IMG/VR virus record: IMGVR_UViG_2737471849_000004
Coordinates: 1 to 39,239 of that record
Reading direction: 5' to 3' (one strand)
DNA from: a virus
Taxonomy: Duplodnaviria; Heunggongvirae; Uroviricota; Caudoviricetes
DNA: 39,239 nucleotides
The first letter of the stretch is position 1. The number at the start of each line of letters is the position of its first letter. Below the pieces are notes generated by a model. The model saw only the letters and a list, made by a program, of their open reading frames with translations. It was not told where the DNA came from and did not search any database. A program made the position numbers and the translations under genes. Below are positions 1-8,656 of this stretch, piece after piece.

Positions 1-1248
1 ATGGCACTGAATATTCCATTCAGAAATGCGTACTATCGTTTTGCATCCAGTTACTCATTTCTCTTTTTTATTTCCTGGTCGCTGTGGTGGTCGTTATACG
101 CTATTTGGCTGAAAGGACATCTAGGGTTGACAGGGACGGAATTAGGTACACTTTATTCGGTCAACCAGTTTACCAGCATTCTATTTATGATGTTCTACGG
201 CATCGTTCAGGATAAACTCGGTCTGAAGAAACCGCTCATCTGGTGTATGAGTTTCATCCTGGTCTTGACCGGACCGTTTATGATTTACGTTTATGAACCG
301 TTACTGCAAAGCAATTTTTCTGTAGGTCTAATTCTGGGGGCGCTATTTTTTGGCTTGGGGTATCTGGCGGGATGCGGTTTGCTTGATAGCTTCACCGAAA
401 AAATGGCGCGAAATTTTCATTTCGAATATGGAACAGCGCGCGCCTGGGGATCTTTTGGCTATGCTATTGGCGCGTTCTTTGCCGGCATATTTTTTAGTAT
501 CAGTCCCCATATCAACTTCTGGTTGGTCTCGCTATTTGGCGCTGTATTTATGATGATCAACATGCGTTTTAAAGATAAGGATCACCAGTGCGTAGCGGCA
601 GATGCGGGAGGGGTAAAAAAAGAGGATTTTATCGCAGTTTTCAAGGATCGAAACTTCTGGGTTTTCGTCATATTTATTGTGGGGACGTGGTCTTTCTATA
701 ACATTTTTGATCAACAACTTTTTCCTGTCTTTTATTCAGGTTTATTCGAATCACACGATGTAGGAACGCGCCTGTATGGTTATCTCAACTCATTCCAGGT
801 GGTACTCGAAGCGCTGTGCATGGCGATTATTCCTTTCTTTGTGAATCGGGTAGGGCCAAAAAATGCATTACTTATCGGAGTTGTGATTATGGCGTTGCGT
901 ATCCTTTCCTGCGCGCTGTTCGTTAACCCCTGGATTATTTCATTAGTGAAGTTGTTACATGCCATTGAGGTTCCACTTTGTGTCATATCCGTCTTCAAAT
1001 ACAGCGTGGCAAACTTTGATAAGCGCCTGTCGTCGACGATCTTTCTGATTGGTTTTCAAATTGCCAGTTCGCTTGGGATTGTGCTGCTTTCAACGCCGAC
1101 TGGGATACTCTTTGACCACGCAGGCTACCAAACAGTTTTCTTCGCAATTTCGGGTATTGTCTGCCTGATGTTGCTATTTGGCATTTTCTTCTTGAGTAAA
1201 AAACGCGAGCAAATAGTTATGGAAACGCCTGTACCTTCAGCAATATAG
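1..1248 (+). CDS. cscB: MFS oligosaccharide:H+ symporter, sucrose permease CscB-like (host gene)
   Basis: 415-aa ORF with many hydrophobic segments and a LacY-family loop motif (GIVQDKLGLKKP); N-terminus MALNIPFRNAYYRF matches my recollection of E. coli CscB. Confidence 0.7.
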   Translation: MALNIPFRNAYYRFASSYSFLFFISWSLWWSLYAIWLKGHLGLTGTELGTLYSVNQFTSILFMMFYGIVQDKLGLKKPLIWCMSFILVLTGPFMIYVYEPLLQSNFSVGLILGALFFGLGYLAGCGLLDSFTEKMARNFHFEYGTARAWGSFGYAIGAFFAGIFFSISPHINFWLVSLFGAVFMMINMRFKDKDHQCVAADAGGVKKEDFIAVFKDRNFWVFVIFIVGTWSFYNIFDQQLFPVFYSGLFESHDVGTRLYGYLNSFQVVLEALCMAIIPFFVNRVGPKNALLIGVVIMALRILSCALFVNPWIISLVKLLHAIEVPLCVISVFKYSVANFDKRLSSTIFLIGFQIASSLGIVLLSTPTGILFDHAGYQTVFFAISGIVCLMLLFGIFFLSKKREQIVMETPVPSAI

Positions 1249-1689
1249 ACGTAAACTTTTTCCGGTTGTTGTCGATAGCTCTATATCCCTCAACCGGAAA
1301 ATAATAATAGTAAAATGCTTAGCCCTGCTAATAATCGCCTAATCCAAACGCCTCATTCATGTTCTGGTACAGTCGCTCAAATGTACTTCAGATGCGCGGT
1401 TCGCTGATTTCCAGGACATTGTCGTCATTCAGTGACCTGTCCCGTGTATCACGGTCCTGCGAATTCATCAAGGAATGCATTGCGGAGTGAAGTATCGAGT
1501 CACGCCATATTTCGCTATCAGGATTCTGTGTGATGGTTACATCGCCCGGCTCAGGGCTGTTTAGTCATCAGCGCTTTCTGACAGTGCTGAGATTTCAACC
1601 TGTTGCAGTAAAAATGAGTAGATATAAGGCAAGTGTGCTGCCAAACCCATCTTTTACGGGGTGAAGGTAGATTTCGTTTGAAGGGTATC

Positions 1690-1704
1690 TGGTGTCCCCT
1701 GCAG
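1690..1704 (-). other. Prophage attachment-site core: 15-nt copy of the 3' end of tRNA-Arg (argW), partial, minus strand
   Basis: Reverse complement of tggtgtcccctgcag is ctgcaggggacacca, matching the 3' end of argW as I recall it; no tRNA body follows, so this is a partial att copy. Confidence 0.55.
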
Positions 1705-1777
1705 ACATCTACTTGACGCGGCAGGGGATTGATTGTAATGGTGTTTTTTAGATGTGAAAAATATTTTACCCGCTATT

Positions 1778-1978
1778 TTACCCATTGGCGCGGCTTAAGA
1801 GCTTATTTTTGAATTCACAATGGTCACGATATAACCATCTTGCTCGCCCGTGGATAACTTTGGCTTTTGGCAGGTCGCCGGACTTAATCCGGTCATAAAT
1901 GAAGGTTTTACCGAAGCCAGTATCAGCCATGATGAATTTCAAATCAACTAGTGAATCAGGTTGTAGTTCGTGTTGCAT
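1778..1978 (-). CDS. xis: AlpA-family excisionase / DNA-binding regulator
   Basis: About 66 aa from the ATG preceded by GGAG (track ORF 1778..1993 starts at TTG); sequence DLKFIMADTGFGKTFIYDRIKSGDLPKAKV is typical of AlpA-type HTH proteins. Confidence 0.7.
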   Translation of the reverse strand: MQHELQPDSLVDLKFIMADTGFGKTFIYDRIKSGDLPKAKVIHGRARWLYRDHCEFKNKLLSRANG

Positions 1979-2016
1979 GAGTGCTATCTCCAAATAGGGA
2001 ATCGAACCTGCAAATC

Positions 2017-2045
2017 AGGTAATAAAAAACCGCCATCAGGCGGAT
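2017..2045 (-). terminator. Intrinsic terminator upstream of xis (minus strand)
   Basis: Minus-strand hairpin ccgcctgatggcgg followed by ttttttatt; overlaps the stop of the 55-aa ORF. Confidence 0.5.
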
Positions 2046-2203
2046 TGGTGTTCTTTCAGTTCTTCAATTCGAATATTGGTTACGTCTGCATGTGCTATCT
2101 GCGCCCATATCATCCAGTGGTTATAGCAGTCGTTGATGTCCTCTGCTTCGATAACCCTGTCGAATGGCTCTCCATTCCATTCACCTGTGACTCGGAAGTG
2201 CAT
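2036..2203 (-). CDS. Hypothetical small protein (55 aa)
   Basis: Hand-translated ORF MHFRVTGEWNGEPFDRVIEAEDINDCYNHWMIWAQ... with GGAG upstream; below the track cutoff. Confidence 0.3.
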   Translation of the reverse strand: MHFRVTGEWNGEPFDRVIEAEDINDCYNHWMIWAQIAHADVTNIRIEELKEHQSA

Positions 2204-2361
2204 TTATCATCTCCATAAAACAAAACCCGCCGTAGCGAGCTCAGATAAAAGAAATCCCCGCGAATGCGAGGATTGTTATTGTCTTTGCTTCGTGCATTTG
2301 TCGCACTTTCGGCACCATCCAGATAGGCACATCCGTCCGCAATTAACACATATAGGCCACA

Positions 2362-2640
2362 TCATTTTTCCTCTTTTGGTTTATGAATCTGAATGGTCAT
2401 GCCGCTTTGAGTGGTGACTACAATGACAGAACCAGGCTGAAGGCTGTTAAGATTGAATGCTTCGTAAAACGAATCCAATGCCAGTGCTTTTTTATTCTTT
2501 CGGTTCCACCAACGCCATCCCTTGCTACAGGCTACACTGACAATCCACTGTCCACTCCTGTAAGCCATATAAAACCAGATGAGCAAAACCTGAAGGAATG
2601 CTATCCAGTCAATAATCGTATATTTCGCGAAGGAGTCCAT
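2362..2640 (-). CDS. Hypothetical small membrane protein (about 92 aa)
   Basis: ATG overlaps the stop of the upstream gene (TGATG); one hydrophobic helix IIDWIAFLQVLLIWFYMAY. Confidence 0.4.
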   Translation of the reverse strand: MDSFAKYTIIDWIAFLQVLLIWFYMAYRSGQWIVSVACSKGWRWWNRKNKKALALDSFYEAFNLNSLQPGSVIVVTTQSGMTIQIHKPKEEK

Positions 2641-3161
2641 CACTTCACCTCCTGCGGCGGTTCTGGTAGAGGCATCCAGTGAGTTACGTCATCCAAGATA
2701 TTTCCTGATAAATACGTGAAAGCTCTATATTTTTTGTAATCAATTGGATTTACAACCCAGTTCCAATATGCGGCCACGATTTCACCTTGACTAAATGCCA
2801 GTAACATTTTGGTGTCTTCCGGAATTCGATCACTACAGCTTATCCAACCATCCGGAGTTACCGCCACTGGCTTGGCGGTATAAAGCGGTGTTATATCTGC
2901 CCGAAAATTACATGCTTTATGCAGCCGCACCCACCGTTCGACTTCTGCTTTGTCAGAATACATACCAGTGAACGTGTTATATTCACGGTCAATTTGCGTG
3001 AATGTTACCTTCCACGCCACCGGCTCTGCTCCCAGTGATGCCAGAGCAATTCGTGCCAGTTCTTCCGCTTCTTCTGCTGGCAGTACAACGTTGCTACCAG
3101 GTCCGTATGTTTCGCGCCACTGCTTGATTGTCAGCAGTCGCTCTTTGGTAATAGTGATCAT
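2640..3161 (-). CDS. Phage early protein, DUF551-like
   Basis: 173 aa; C-terminal WMPLPEPP resembles DUF551 phage proteins; ATGA overlap with upstream gene. Confidence 0.5.
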   Translation of the reverse strand: MITITKERLLTIKQWRETYGPGSNVVLPAEEAEELARIALASLGAEPVAWKVTFTQIDREYNTFTGMYSDKAEVERWVRLHKACNFRADITPLYTAKPVAVTPDGWISCSDRIPEDTKMLLAFSQGEIVAAYWNWVVNPIDYKKYRAFTYLSGNILDDVTHWMPLPEPPQEVK

Positions 3162-3673
3162 GCCGCGTTTCCTTCTTTCTTATTAACAATTACACCGTCA
3201 TATATTTCATTAAGGTGCCCTCTCAACTCCATGCGCCTTAATGCAGATAACATGTAATCGCATTCAACCTGCTTATTTCCAGTAAATGGCTTATCGTCAG
3301 GATTACCCCAACAGCAATTACCCTTGGGCCACCCATGTACTTTCCGTACTCTTCCGTTAACAACGTGAAGTAATCCCCAGCCAGGTGGTAAATCCTCAAT
3401 TGAAATAATTCCCGGCTCACTAATAAAGAATCGCCAGTCGCCCATTCCAAGAGACGGATTTTTACGAAAACGCTTTTTTCTATCTGCTAACAAGTCAGCA
3501 CGAGAACACTTCGCTTCTATCAGGCATGATGCTGAATTTCTGAATCCCATAGCATCTGGCTGTTCTCCGGTACTGGTTACAGCTATAAAGCGGTCATGAA
3601 AACAAACCTTGAACCCGTTGCGCTTAAGGAACTTATACGCAATCTGACAGAGTTCACGGTGTGTTAACGCCAT
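3158..3673 (-). CDS. Hypothetical protein with PD-(D/E)xK nuclease-like motif
   Basis: Internal start MALTHREL in track ORF 3158..3745; motif GEQPDAMGF...CLIEAKCS fits the D...ExK signature (MmcB-like). Confidence 0.45.
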   Translation of the reverse strand: MALTHRELCQIAYKFLKRNGFKVCFHDRFIAVTSTGEQPDAMGFRNSASCLIEAKCSRADLLADRKKRFRKNPSLGMGDWRFFISEPGIISIEDLPPGWGLLHVVNGRVRKVHGWPKGNCCWGNPDDKPFTGNKQVECDYMLSALRRMELRGHLNEIYDGVIVNKKEGNAA

Positions 3674-3674
3674 A

Positions 3675-3863
3675 TCACTCTCCTTTAGTGCGCAAGTGGT
3701 TTTTCCAGCGGTTTTGCGCCGCGCTGGGCTTTTTGCAAAAACCACAATCCATCATCCCGTAATATTTCATCAACCCCATCCGTCGGTTGCTGAGTCTCAC
3801 CCACTGCCAGACGCCAGGAGCGTTTCTACGAACTAACAGAATCTTTGCTTTACGGTTTTTCAT
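3675..3863 (-). CDS. Hypothetical small basic protein (62 aa)
   Basis: Track ORF; start and stop overlap the neighbouring ORFs in ATGA fashion; no recognisable domain. Confidence 0.3.
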   Translation of the reverse strand: MKNRKAKILLVRRNAPGVWQWVRLSNRRMGLMKYYGMMDCGFCKKPSAAQNRWKNHLRTKGE

Positions 3864-4036
3864 CGTTTTGCTCTCCTGCGTTTCTTTGCTTCGCGTCGTG
3901 CAGCCGCAATACCGGTATGGCGGCGCTTTGGTGCCGGGATGATGTTGTCAGCCATCAGGACATGCGGCTTCGCAATTAGCGCAGAAGCCCAAAAACGATT
4001 CGGGTACGGTAACAAGCCGATACATGCCACACGCAT
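3860..4036 (-). CDS. Hypothetical small protein (57 aa)
   Basis: Hand-translated; start overlaps the stop of the Ea22-like gene (TAATG) and its stop overlaps the next ATG. Confidence 0.25.
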   Translation of the reverse strand: MRVACIGLLPYPNRFWASALIAKPHVLMADNIIPAPKRRHTGIAAARREAKKRRRAKR

Positions 4037-4603
4037 TACTCACCTCCTTTGATGCGAATGCCAGCGTCAGACATCATATGCAGATACTCAACTGCATCCT
4101 GAACCCATTGACCGCCAATCCCGTAATAGCGATGCGTAATGATGTCGATAGTTACTAACGGGTCTTGTTCGATTAACTTCCGCAGAAACTCTTCCAGGTC
4201 ACCAATGCAGTGCTTGATGACAGGAGTTTTCCCAGGATGGCGAACAACAAGAAACTGATTTCCGACTTCACGGACTTCGTTGCTTTCCAGTTCTGCAATG
4301 CGCTTCTCTGCGGCTTCCAGCTCAACTCTCAGCTTCCCTACCGTTAGCGCAATATCCTCGTTCTCCTGATCGCGGCTTTTGATGTACTGCTGGTTTCTTT
4401 CCCGTTCATCCAGCAGTTCCAGCACGGTTTCTGGTCCGGTCAGAAATTTGAAGGCGTTGAGCGCATCAATATCCACACCGTAATCTTTAAGTTCCTGTTC
4501 ACTTAACAAATCATCATCAACTGGCAACATTAACAGGCGTTCCATTGCTGGAATTGCACGTTCTGCTGCCTCACGCAGTGCCTGGTAATTAATTTTACTC
4601 ACT
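4036..4603 (-). CDS. Ead/Ea22-like early protein
   Basis: Track ORF 4036..4623; likely GTG start 6 nt after AAAGGAGG giving [16 protein letters not shown]...; coiled-coil middle region. Confidence 0.5.
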
Positions 4604-4767
4604 GGTTGCCTCCTTTGCGCCACATCGCATTCAGATATTTGTTTTGATTCACTGATGGAAAAGAATTTCTCTTAAGCAATTCCTCTCTCGATGGCATTGG
4701 CTTTACGCGTTGGCGAATAATCATTTCTGCTGGAAGAATGCCGGGATTGTATACAAGTCCTCTCATG
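4600..4767 (-). CDS. Hypothetical small protein (55 aa)
   Basis: Hand-translated [41 protein letters not shown]...; stop overlaps the start of the Ea22-like gene. Confidence 0.25.
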
Positions 4768-4782
4768 GTGAATTCCTCTTTG

Positions 4783-5097
4783 TTAATTTATTCGTATGCC
4801 TGCTCTTTCTTCATCGAGTTTTTTTAGCTTGTATCGCATAGCTCTTACTGAATAAATTGAGCGGCAGGTTGCAATTGCTATTTCTTCTGCGGAGAACTTA
4901 CCGAAAAGTGATACTTCGGCTCTTGTCCAGCGTCTTCCACGAAGTCGGCTAACAATGTCAGCGCCAATCCTTGTTGCTTTCGCCATTACTGCTTTTTCAG
5001 TCCTTTCCAGTTTTTCAGCGATAACTTCAACTGGCATTGTCGCCGCCACTTCGCGCAAGAAATCGACTTCCCATTTCTCCCATGGAGTCTTTTTCAT
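4783..5097 (-). CDS. Hypothetical protein with two tandem W-x3-E repeats (possible DNA-binding)
   Basis: 104 aa; two internal repeats ([14 protein letters not shown]... and [14 protein letters not shown]...). Confidence 0.45.
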   Translation of the reverse strand: MKKTPWEKWEVDFLREVAATMPVEVIAEKLERTEKAVMAKATRIGADIVSRLRGRRWTRAEVSLFGKFSAEEIAIATCRSIYSVRAMRYKLKKLDEERAGIRIN

Positions 5098-5108
5098 AGG
5101 CGATACCG

Positions 5109-5597
5109 TTATTTGATAAGAAGTGAAGGTTTCCCAACTTTGAGTTGAGCGCCGGGGATATTTATTCCTGCTTTTAGTTGGTGTTTGATTGCCAGTTTGT
5201 CGGCTTTAATTGTCGTTTCAAACTCAACGTATTCAGGAGGAAGGGCGCTTGAGTCGATGATTTCTACAGTTTCTGACGGTTTGCGGATTGTTACCTGGTG
5301 AATACCTGCTCTAATCTTTTTCTTGCCAACCATTTCAAGCGATGACGCTATATACGCCATAATGCTGCCAATCTTATTTTGAATTACTGCGGCTCGCTCA
5401 TTCAGTGACTTTGCCTCTTCCTTGAGGCGTTCAGCATAACCAGATTCATTTTTAATAATGGCAAGAAGTTGCTCTATTTTATCGGTAAATTCTCCTTCCA
5501 TGCCTTCTATTGTGTCAGCAATCATCTCTGGTTCTAAATCTGAATCCATCAATTTTGCGTATTCATTGGCAATTTCATACAGTTTGCTCACTGGCAA
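5109..5597 (-). CDS. Siphovirus Gp157-like protein (RecT-associated)
   Basis: 162 aa immediately downstream of RecT and overlapping it; composition and position typical of Gp157-family partners. Confidence 0.5.
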   Translation of the reverse strand: MPVSKLYEIANEYAKLMDSDLEPEMIADTIEGMEGEFTDKIEQLLAIIKNESGYAERLKEEAKSLNERAAVIQNKIGSIMAYIASSLEMVGKKKIRAGIHQVTIRKPSETVEIIDSSALPPEYVEFETTIKADKLAIKHQLKAGINIPGAQLKVGKPSLLIK

Positions 5598-6486
5598 CCT
5601 CCAGTTTCGCTTTGCATTCTATGTAAATGGCTTGTACGTTCTGCTGCAATTTCATTCCAGATGTCAGGCGATATGCTTCTGCAAAATATCGCTTCAAATC
5701 ATCCATGTTTTCTGCCTGAGCCATTTCATCGCAAAGAAGTTGTGCTTTATCCATTATTTCCTGCTGGCGTTTCCGTTCATCTTCGCGGATATCTTCCTCT
5801 GATTTGTGCGGCATAACTGGTTCGGTCCACACGCCTTCTTCTTCGTTTAGTACGTGAATAGCACTATCAAGGCGTGATGCCTTAGGCCAATACTTGCTTG
5901 CACGCTTTACGACCGTCTTTCGCGCCATCTCATTCCAGTGATTTACCCATGGTCCTTTATCGCTGAATGCTGCCTTGCTTGTTTTCCTTACAGCCTCAAT
6001 TTCAGCCAGACTCATCTCTTCCGTTAGATAATCACCTGCTGGCGTCTTAACTGTGCAGTAAACGCCAACGATATCACCACGGTCACCGAAGGCGTTGTAT
6101 TTATGGGTTGGTGCTTTATCAAGCCCGTTTGACTCATAGGTATCGTTAGCATGAACAAGTTTTGCCTGACCCCATGAGATAACACCAGACTCCATTGCAA
6201 TATGGAGCAATCCCATATAGCTGATATCAAGGCACACCATGCCGTCGCGAGGAACCAGATAAGCCAGTTTGCTGGCCGGGTTTAAGGTGATGCCGATCGC
6301 CGCAACATTGATGATGGCGTTCTGTGCGCTGGTTGGATTTGCCAGTGCTGTTTTAGCCAGGTAATCGTTTTTCTGGAAATACTGAATTGCAAACTGGCTT
6401 TCCTTAGCCCATGTCACCGTCTGTTCAGTCAATGCTCCGCAGAATAACTGCTCCTGCTGTTTAACGAATTCAACGATATTGCTCAT
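5575..6486 (-). CDS. recT: RecT-family single-strand annealing recombinase
   Basis: 303 aa; RecT-like core (LAYLVPRDGMVCLDISYMGL...GDIVGVYCTVKT...WPKASRL). Confidence 0.85.
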   Translation of the reverse strand: MSNIVEFVKQQEQLFCGALTEQTVTWAKESQFAIQYFQKNDYLAKTALANPTSAQNAIINVAAIGITLNPASKLAYLVPRDGMVCLDISYMGLLHIAMESGVISWGQAKLVHANDTYESNGLDKAPTHKYNAFGDRGDIVGVYCTVKTPAGDYLTEEMSLAEIEAVRKTSKAAFSDKGPWVNHWNEMARKTVVKRASKYWPKASRLDSAIHVLNEEEGVWTEPVMPHKSEEDIREDERKRQQEIMDKAQLLCDEMAQAENMDDLKRYFAEAYRLTSGMKLQQNVQAIYIECKAKLEVASEQTV

Positions 6487-6794
6487 GCAGCTTCTCCAAA
6501 AATGTGTCTGCGTTTGAATATTGCGAAGGCATATTCAGCCTTAACTCTTTCGGTTATTGCATCCCAGAACCATTCAGCGGCTTTTTCCTGATAGTTACAG
6601 TCATCATCTTCCAGCCAGTCGATAGCGTCCTTAGTGTGTTCATCTGGTTTATATGAGCGAAGCATTTCGCTTATTGGGTCGCAACGTTTGCAGAGGCGAT
6701 CAACTTCACTGTTGATTCGTTCGTAATCTTCATCAGTAAAACTTGCGATTATTTGCGATATTTCACGCTTATCATTCAGAGTCAGAATCATCAT
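6483..6794 (-). CDS. Hypothetical early protein (103 aa)
   Basis: ATGA-coupled to recT; acidic; no recognisable motif. Confidence 0.45.
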   Translation of the reverse strand: MMILTLNDKREISQIIASFTDEDYERINSEVDRLCKRCDPISEMLRSYKPDEHTKDAIDWLEDDDCNYQEKAAEWFWDAITERVKAEYAFAIFKRRHIFGEAA

Positions 6795-6875
6795 CTTTCT
6801 CCTGTTCTTTGTGCTGATTGAGCATTTCTTTCATCTGACGAATGAATTCTTCGTCTGACCAGTTATCTGTAAAAC

Positions 6876-7028
6876 TCATTTCCTGCGATACCACGGAAGG
6901 TTGATAGCTGATTTCATCGCTTTATTTGCTTCAAGCCACATTTTTGAATCACCAATAAATCGGGCTATTACTGCTTTGTTCTGTGCAGCACGAAGCATCT
7001 GGTGATTAATGGCTATTTCATTGCGCAT
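6876..7028 (-). CDS. kil: Kil-like host-division inhibitor (50 aa)
   Basis: Hand-translated MRNEIAINHQMLRAAQNKAVIARFIGDSKMWLEA...; the IARFIGDSKMWLEA segment resembles lambda Kil as I recall it; GGAGG upstream. Confidence 0.45.
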   Translation of the reverse strand: MRNEIAINHQMLRAAQNKAVIARFIGDSKMWLEANKAMKSAINLPWYRRK

Positions 7029-7147
7029 AACGCCTCCAGTTGTTTCTTTGCTGCTCTGATTAATTGTTTAACTCGGCGTGATAATTCAGATTCGTGCGGG
7101 TAGAAAGCGGACATGACGCCGCTACCCGCGAGCTGAAAGTGCATCAT
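7013..7147 (-). CDS. cIII: cIII-like protease inhibitor (about 44 aa)
   Basis: Internal start MMHFQLAGSGVMSAFYPHESELSRRVKQL... with AAGGAG 7 nt upstream; resembles the lambda CIII core. Confidence 0.45.
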   Translation of the reverse strand: MMHFQLAGSGVMSAFYPHESELSRRVKQLIRAAKKQLEALCAMK

Positions 7148-7210
7148 GGGTAACTCCTTATATTTGATTGCATAACGAAAACGCCTCGAGTGAAGCGTTA
7201 TTGGTATGCA

Positions 7211-7237
7211 TATAAAAAGGCCCTCACACTGGAGGGC
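7211..7237 (-). terminator. Intrinsic terminator in the leftward early operon
   Basis: Hairpin gccctc/gagggc followed by a T-run on the minus strand. Confidence 0.5.
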
Positions 7238-7351
7238 AAAGAAGATTTCCAATAATCAGAACAAGTCGGCTCCTGTTTAGTTACGAGCGACATTGCTCCG
7301 TGTATTCACTCGTTGGAATGAATACACAGTGCAGTGTTTATTCTGTTGTTT

Positions 7352-7384
7352 ATGCCAAAAATAAAGGCCACCATCAGGCAGCCT
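7352..7384 (-). terminator. Intrinsic terminator after the post-N ORF
   Basis: Minus-strand hairpin aggctgcc-tgat-ggtggcct followed by ttatttttgg; overlaps the stop codon. Confidence 0.45.
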
Positions 7385-7625
7385 TGTTGTAAATGTTGCA
7401 GGTATCAAGTAAGTAATTAGATGGAGCGCCATAAATTATGAATTCATCGTTTGTCGGGTCCATCTCCATCTCTTGGCCTATTGCCATTCTTGCGTCAGTG
7501 TCGTCAGCGGCGAAGCATAAAACAGCCCACGCACCCATTGTTTTAAAAAGAACTGCAATTGGCTGTGGTTTTACTGAATTTGCGTTAGCGCGAAAATCAC
7601 AAATCGCACTTTCATGAAACTCCAT
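7374..7625 (-). CDS. Hypothetical protein downstream of N (83 aa)
   Basis: Track ORF in the first position after N; no recognisable motif. Confidence 0.45.
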   Translation of the reverse strand: MEFHESAICDFRANANSVKPQPIAVLFKTMGAWAVLCFAADDTDARMAIGQEMEMDPTNDEFIIYGAPSNYLLDTCNIYNKAA

Positions 7626-7633
7626 ATCTCACC

Positions 7634-7960
7634 TCAAATAAGTGGTTTGCTGCCTAATTTCATTTTCTGGCGACCAACACAAGTCACACCCATTTCACTG
7701 CGTGGCTTGCTGTACCATGTGCGCTGATTCTTGCGTTCAATACGTTGCAGGCTGCTTTCAATCTGTTCGTGGTATTCAGCCAGCACTGTAAGGTCTATCG
7801 GATTCAGTGCGCTTTCTACTCGTGATTTCGGTTTGCGATTCAGCGAGAGAATAGGGCGGTTAACTGGTTTTGCGCTTACCCCAACCAACAGGGGATTTGC
7901 TGCTTTCCATTGAGCCTGTTTCTCTGCGCGACGTTCGCGGCGGCGTGTTTGTGCATCCAT
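7634..7960 (-). CDS. N: Antitermination protein N (lambda-type)
   Basis: From MDAQTRRRERRAEKQAQWKAANPLLVGVSAKPVNRPILSLNRKPKSRVESALNPIDLTVLAEYH...; matches lambda N including the arginine-rich motif. Confidence 0.9.
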   Translation of the reverse strand: MDAQTRRRERRAEKQAQWKAANPLLVGVSAKPVNRPILSLNRKPKSRVESALNPIDLTVLAEYHEQIESSLQRIERKNQRTWYSKPRSEMGVTCVGRQKMKLGSKPLI

Positions 7961-8132
7961 CTGGATTCTCCTGTCAGTTAGCTTTGGTGGTGTGGTAGGT
8001 GGGAGACCCATTTCGACCTGCTTCGGCCGACTTCAATTCGGCAATAGTTCCGCAGGCCTCGCCGCTTTACGTGCGACATATTCCCATCCATGAACCCTTC
8101 ACCACACCCCAAAGCCTTCTGCTTTGAATGCT

Positions 8133-8162
8133 GCCCTTCTTCAGGGCTTAATTTTTAAGAGC
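8133..8162 (-). promoter_or_regulatory. nutL (boxB hairpin and boxA-like element)
   Basis: gcccttcttcagggc is the reverse complement of lambda boxB; ttaagagca next to it is a near match to boxA. Confidence 0.75.
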
Positions 8163-8199
8163 ACCACCTTCATGGTGGTCAGTGCGTCCTGCTGATGGC

Positions 8200-8260
8200 T
8201 TAAAATATACCTACAGGTAAAACATCTGTCTATACCTGTAGGTAAATAAAATTGATGTGA
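8200..8260 (-). promoter_or_regulatory. PL promoter with OL operators
   Basis: Palindromic 12-mers tacctacaggta (8208..8219) and tacctgtaggta (8233..8244) overlap a leftward -35 TAGACA / -10 TATATT pair. Confidence 0.55.
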
Positions 8261-8304
8261 GAGTTTACCTGCTTGAATTTTCAGGTAATTAATTTTTTGG
8301 ATTG

Positions 8305-8331
8305 ATATAAAAAAGCCCGCTTTGCGGGCTG
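8305..8331 (-). terminator. Intrinsic terminator ending the cI operon
   Basis: Minus-strand hairpin agcccgcaaagcgggct followed by a T-run. Confidence 0.7.
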
Positions 8332-8341
8332 AAAGGAGATG

Positions 8342-8656
8342 TCAGAAGCTATTTGGATTGCTTGGCCATTGCGGCAATTTTGATTCTACTGGGGTGTGTT
8401 TGGGTTTGAGTCCGTTTAAGTAGTCAAGGCGCTCAATGGCGCATTTATACATAGCAATCTGCTCTGATGACATGTCGTCGTATGACATGCCTTTGAACTT
8501 TTTAATTATTGATTCTGCCTCATGTATAAGATGCTTCTTCCTCATGAGTTCAGCTGTATGCTTAGAGCTTACAGGAGATAACTTTGCCCATATGAAGCAG
8601 ATGATTACAACAGCGACTACTATGCCGGGTATAAACATTTGCTGCTTTATCCTCAA
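8342..8656 (-). CDS. Small membrane-anchored protein co-transcribed with cI (candidate exclusion/abortive-infection factor)
   Basis: 104 aa; start overlaps the cI stop; N-terminal TM helix FIPGIVVAVVIICFIWA then a charged soluble domain; followed by a terminator. Confidence 0.6.
   Translation of the reverse strand: MRIKQQMFIPGIVVAVVIICFIWAKLSPVSSKHTAELMRKKHLIHEAESIIKKFKGMSYDDMSSEQIAMYKCAIERLDYLNGLKPKHTPVESKLPQWPSNPNSF

Noticed and set aside
350-998. Short ORFs (350..553 +, 532..717 -, 780..998 -) nested inside the permease gene
   Set aside because: They lie in alternative frames of a well-supported 415-aa membrane-protein gene, with no RBS or protein-like composition.
1257-1300. Inverted repeat tccggttg...caaccgga after the permease stop
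   Set aside because: The loop is 22 nt and there is no following T-run, so it is a weak terminator candidate at best.
1249-1689. Possible integrase remnant between the permease gene and the att core
   Set aside because: Translation of both strands in all frames gave only short stop-rich peptides with no tyrosine-recombinase motifs.
1994-2012. tRNA T-arm-like 15-mer (reverse complement tgcaggttcgattcc) just upstream of xis
   Set aside because: No acceptor, D or anticodon arms flank it, so it is not a tRNA gene; T-arm sequences are highly conserved and may recur by chance or as an old att relic.
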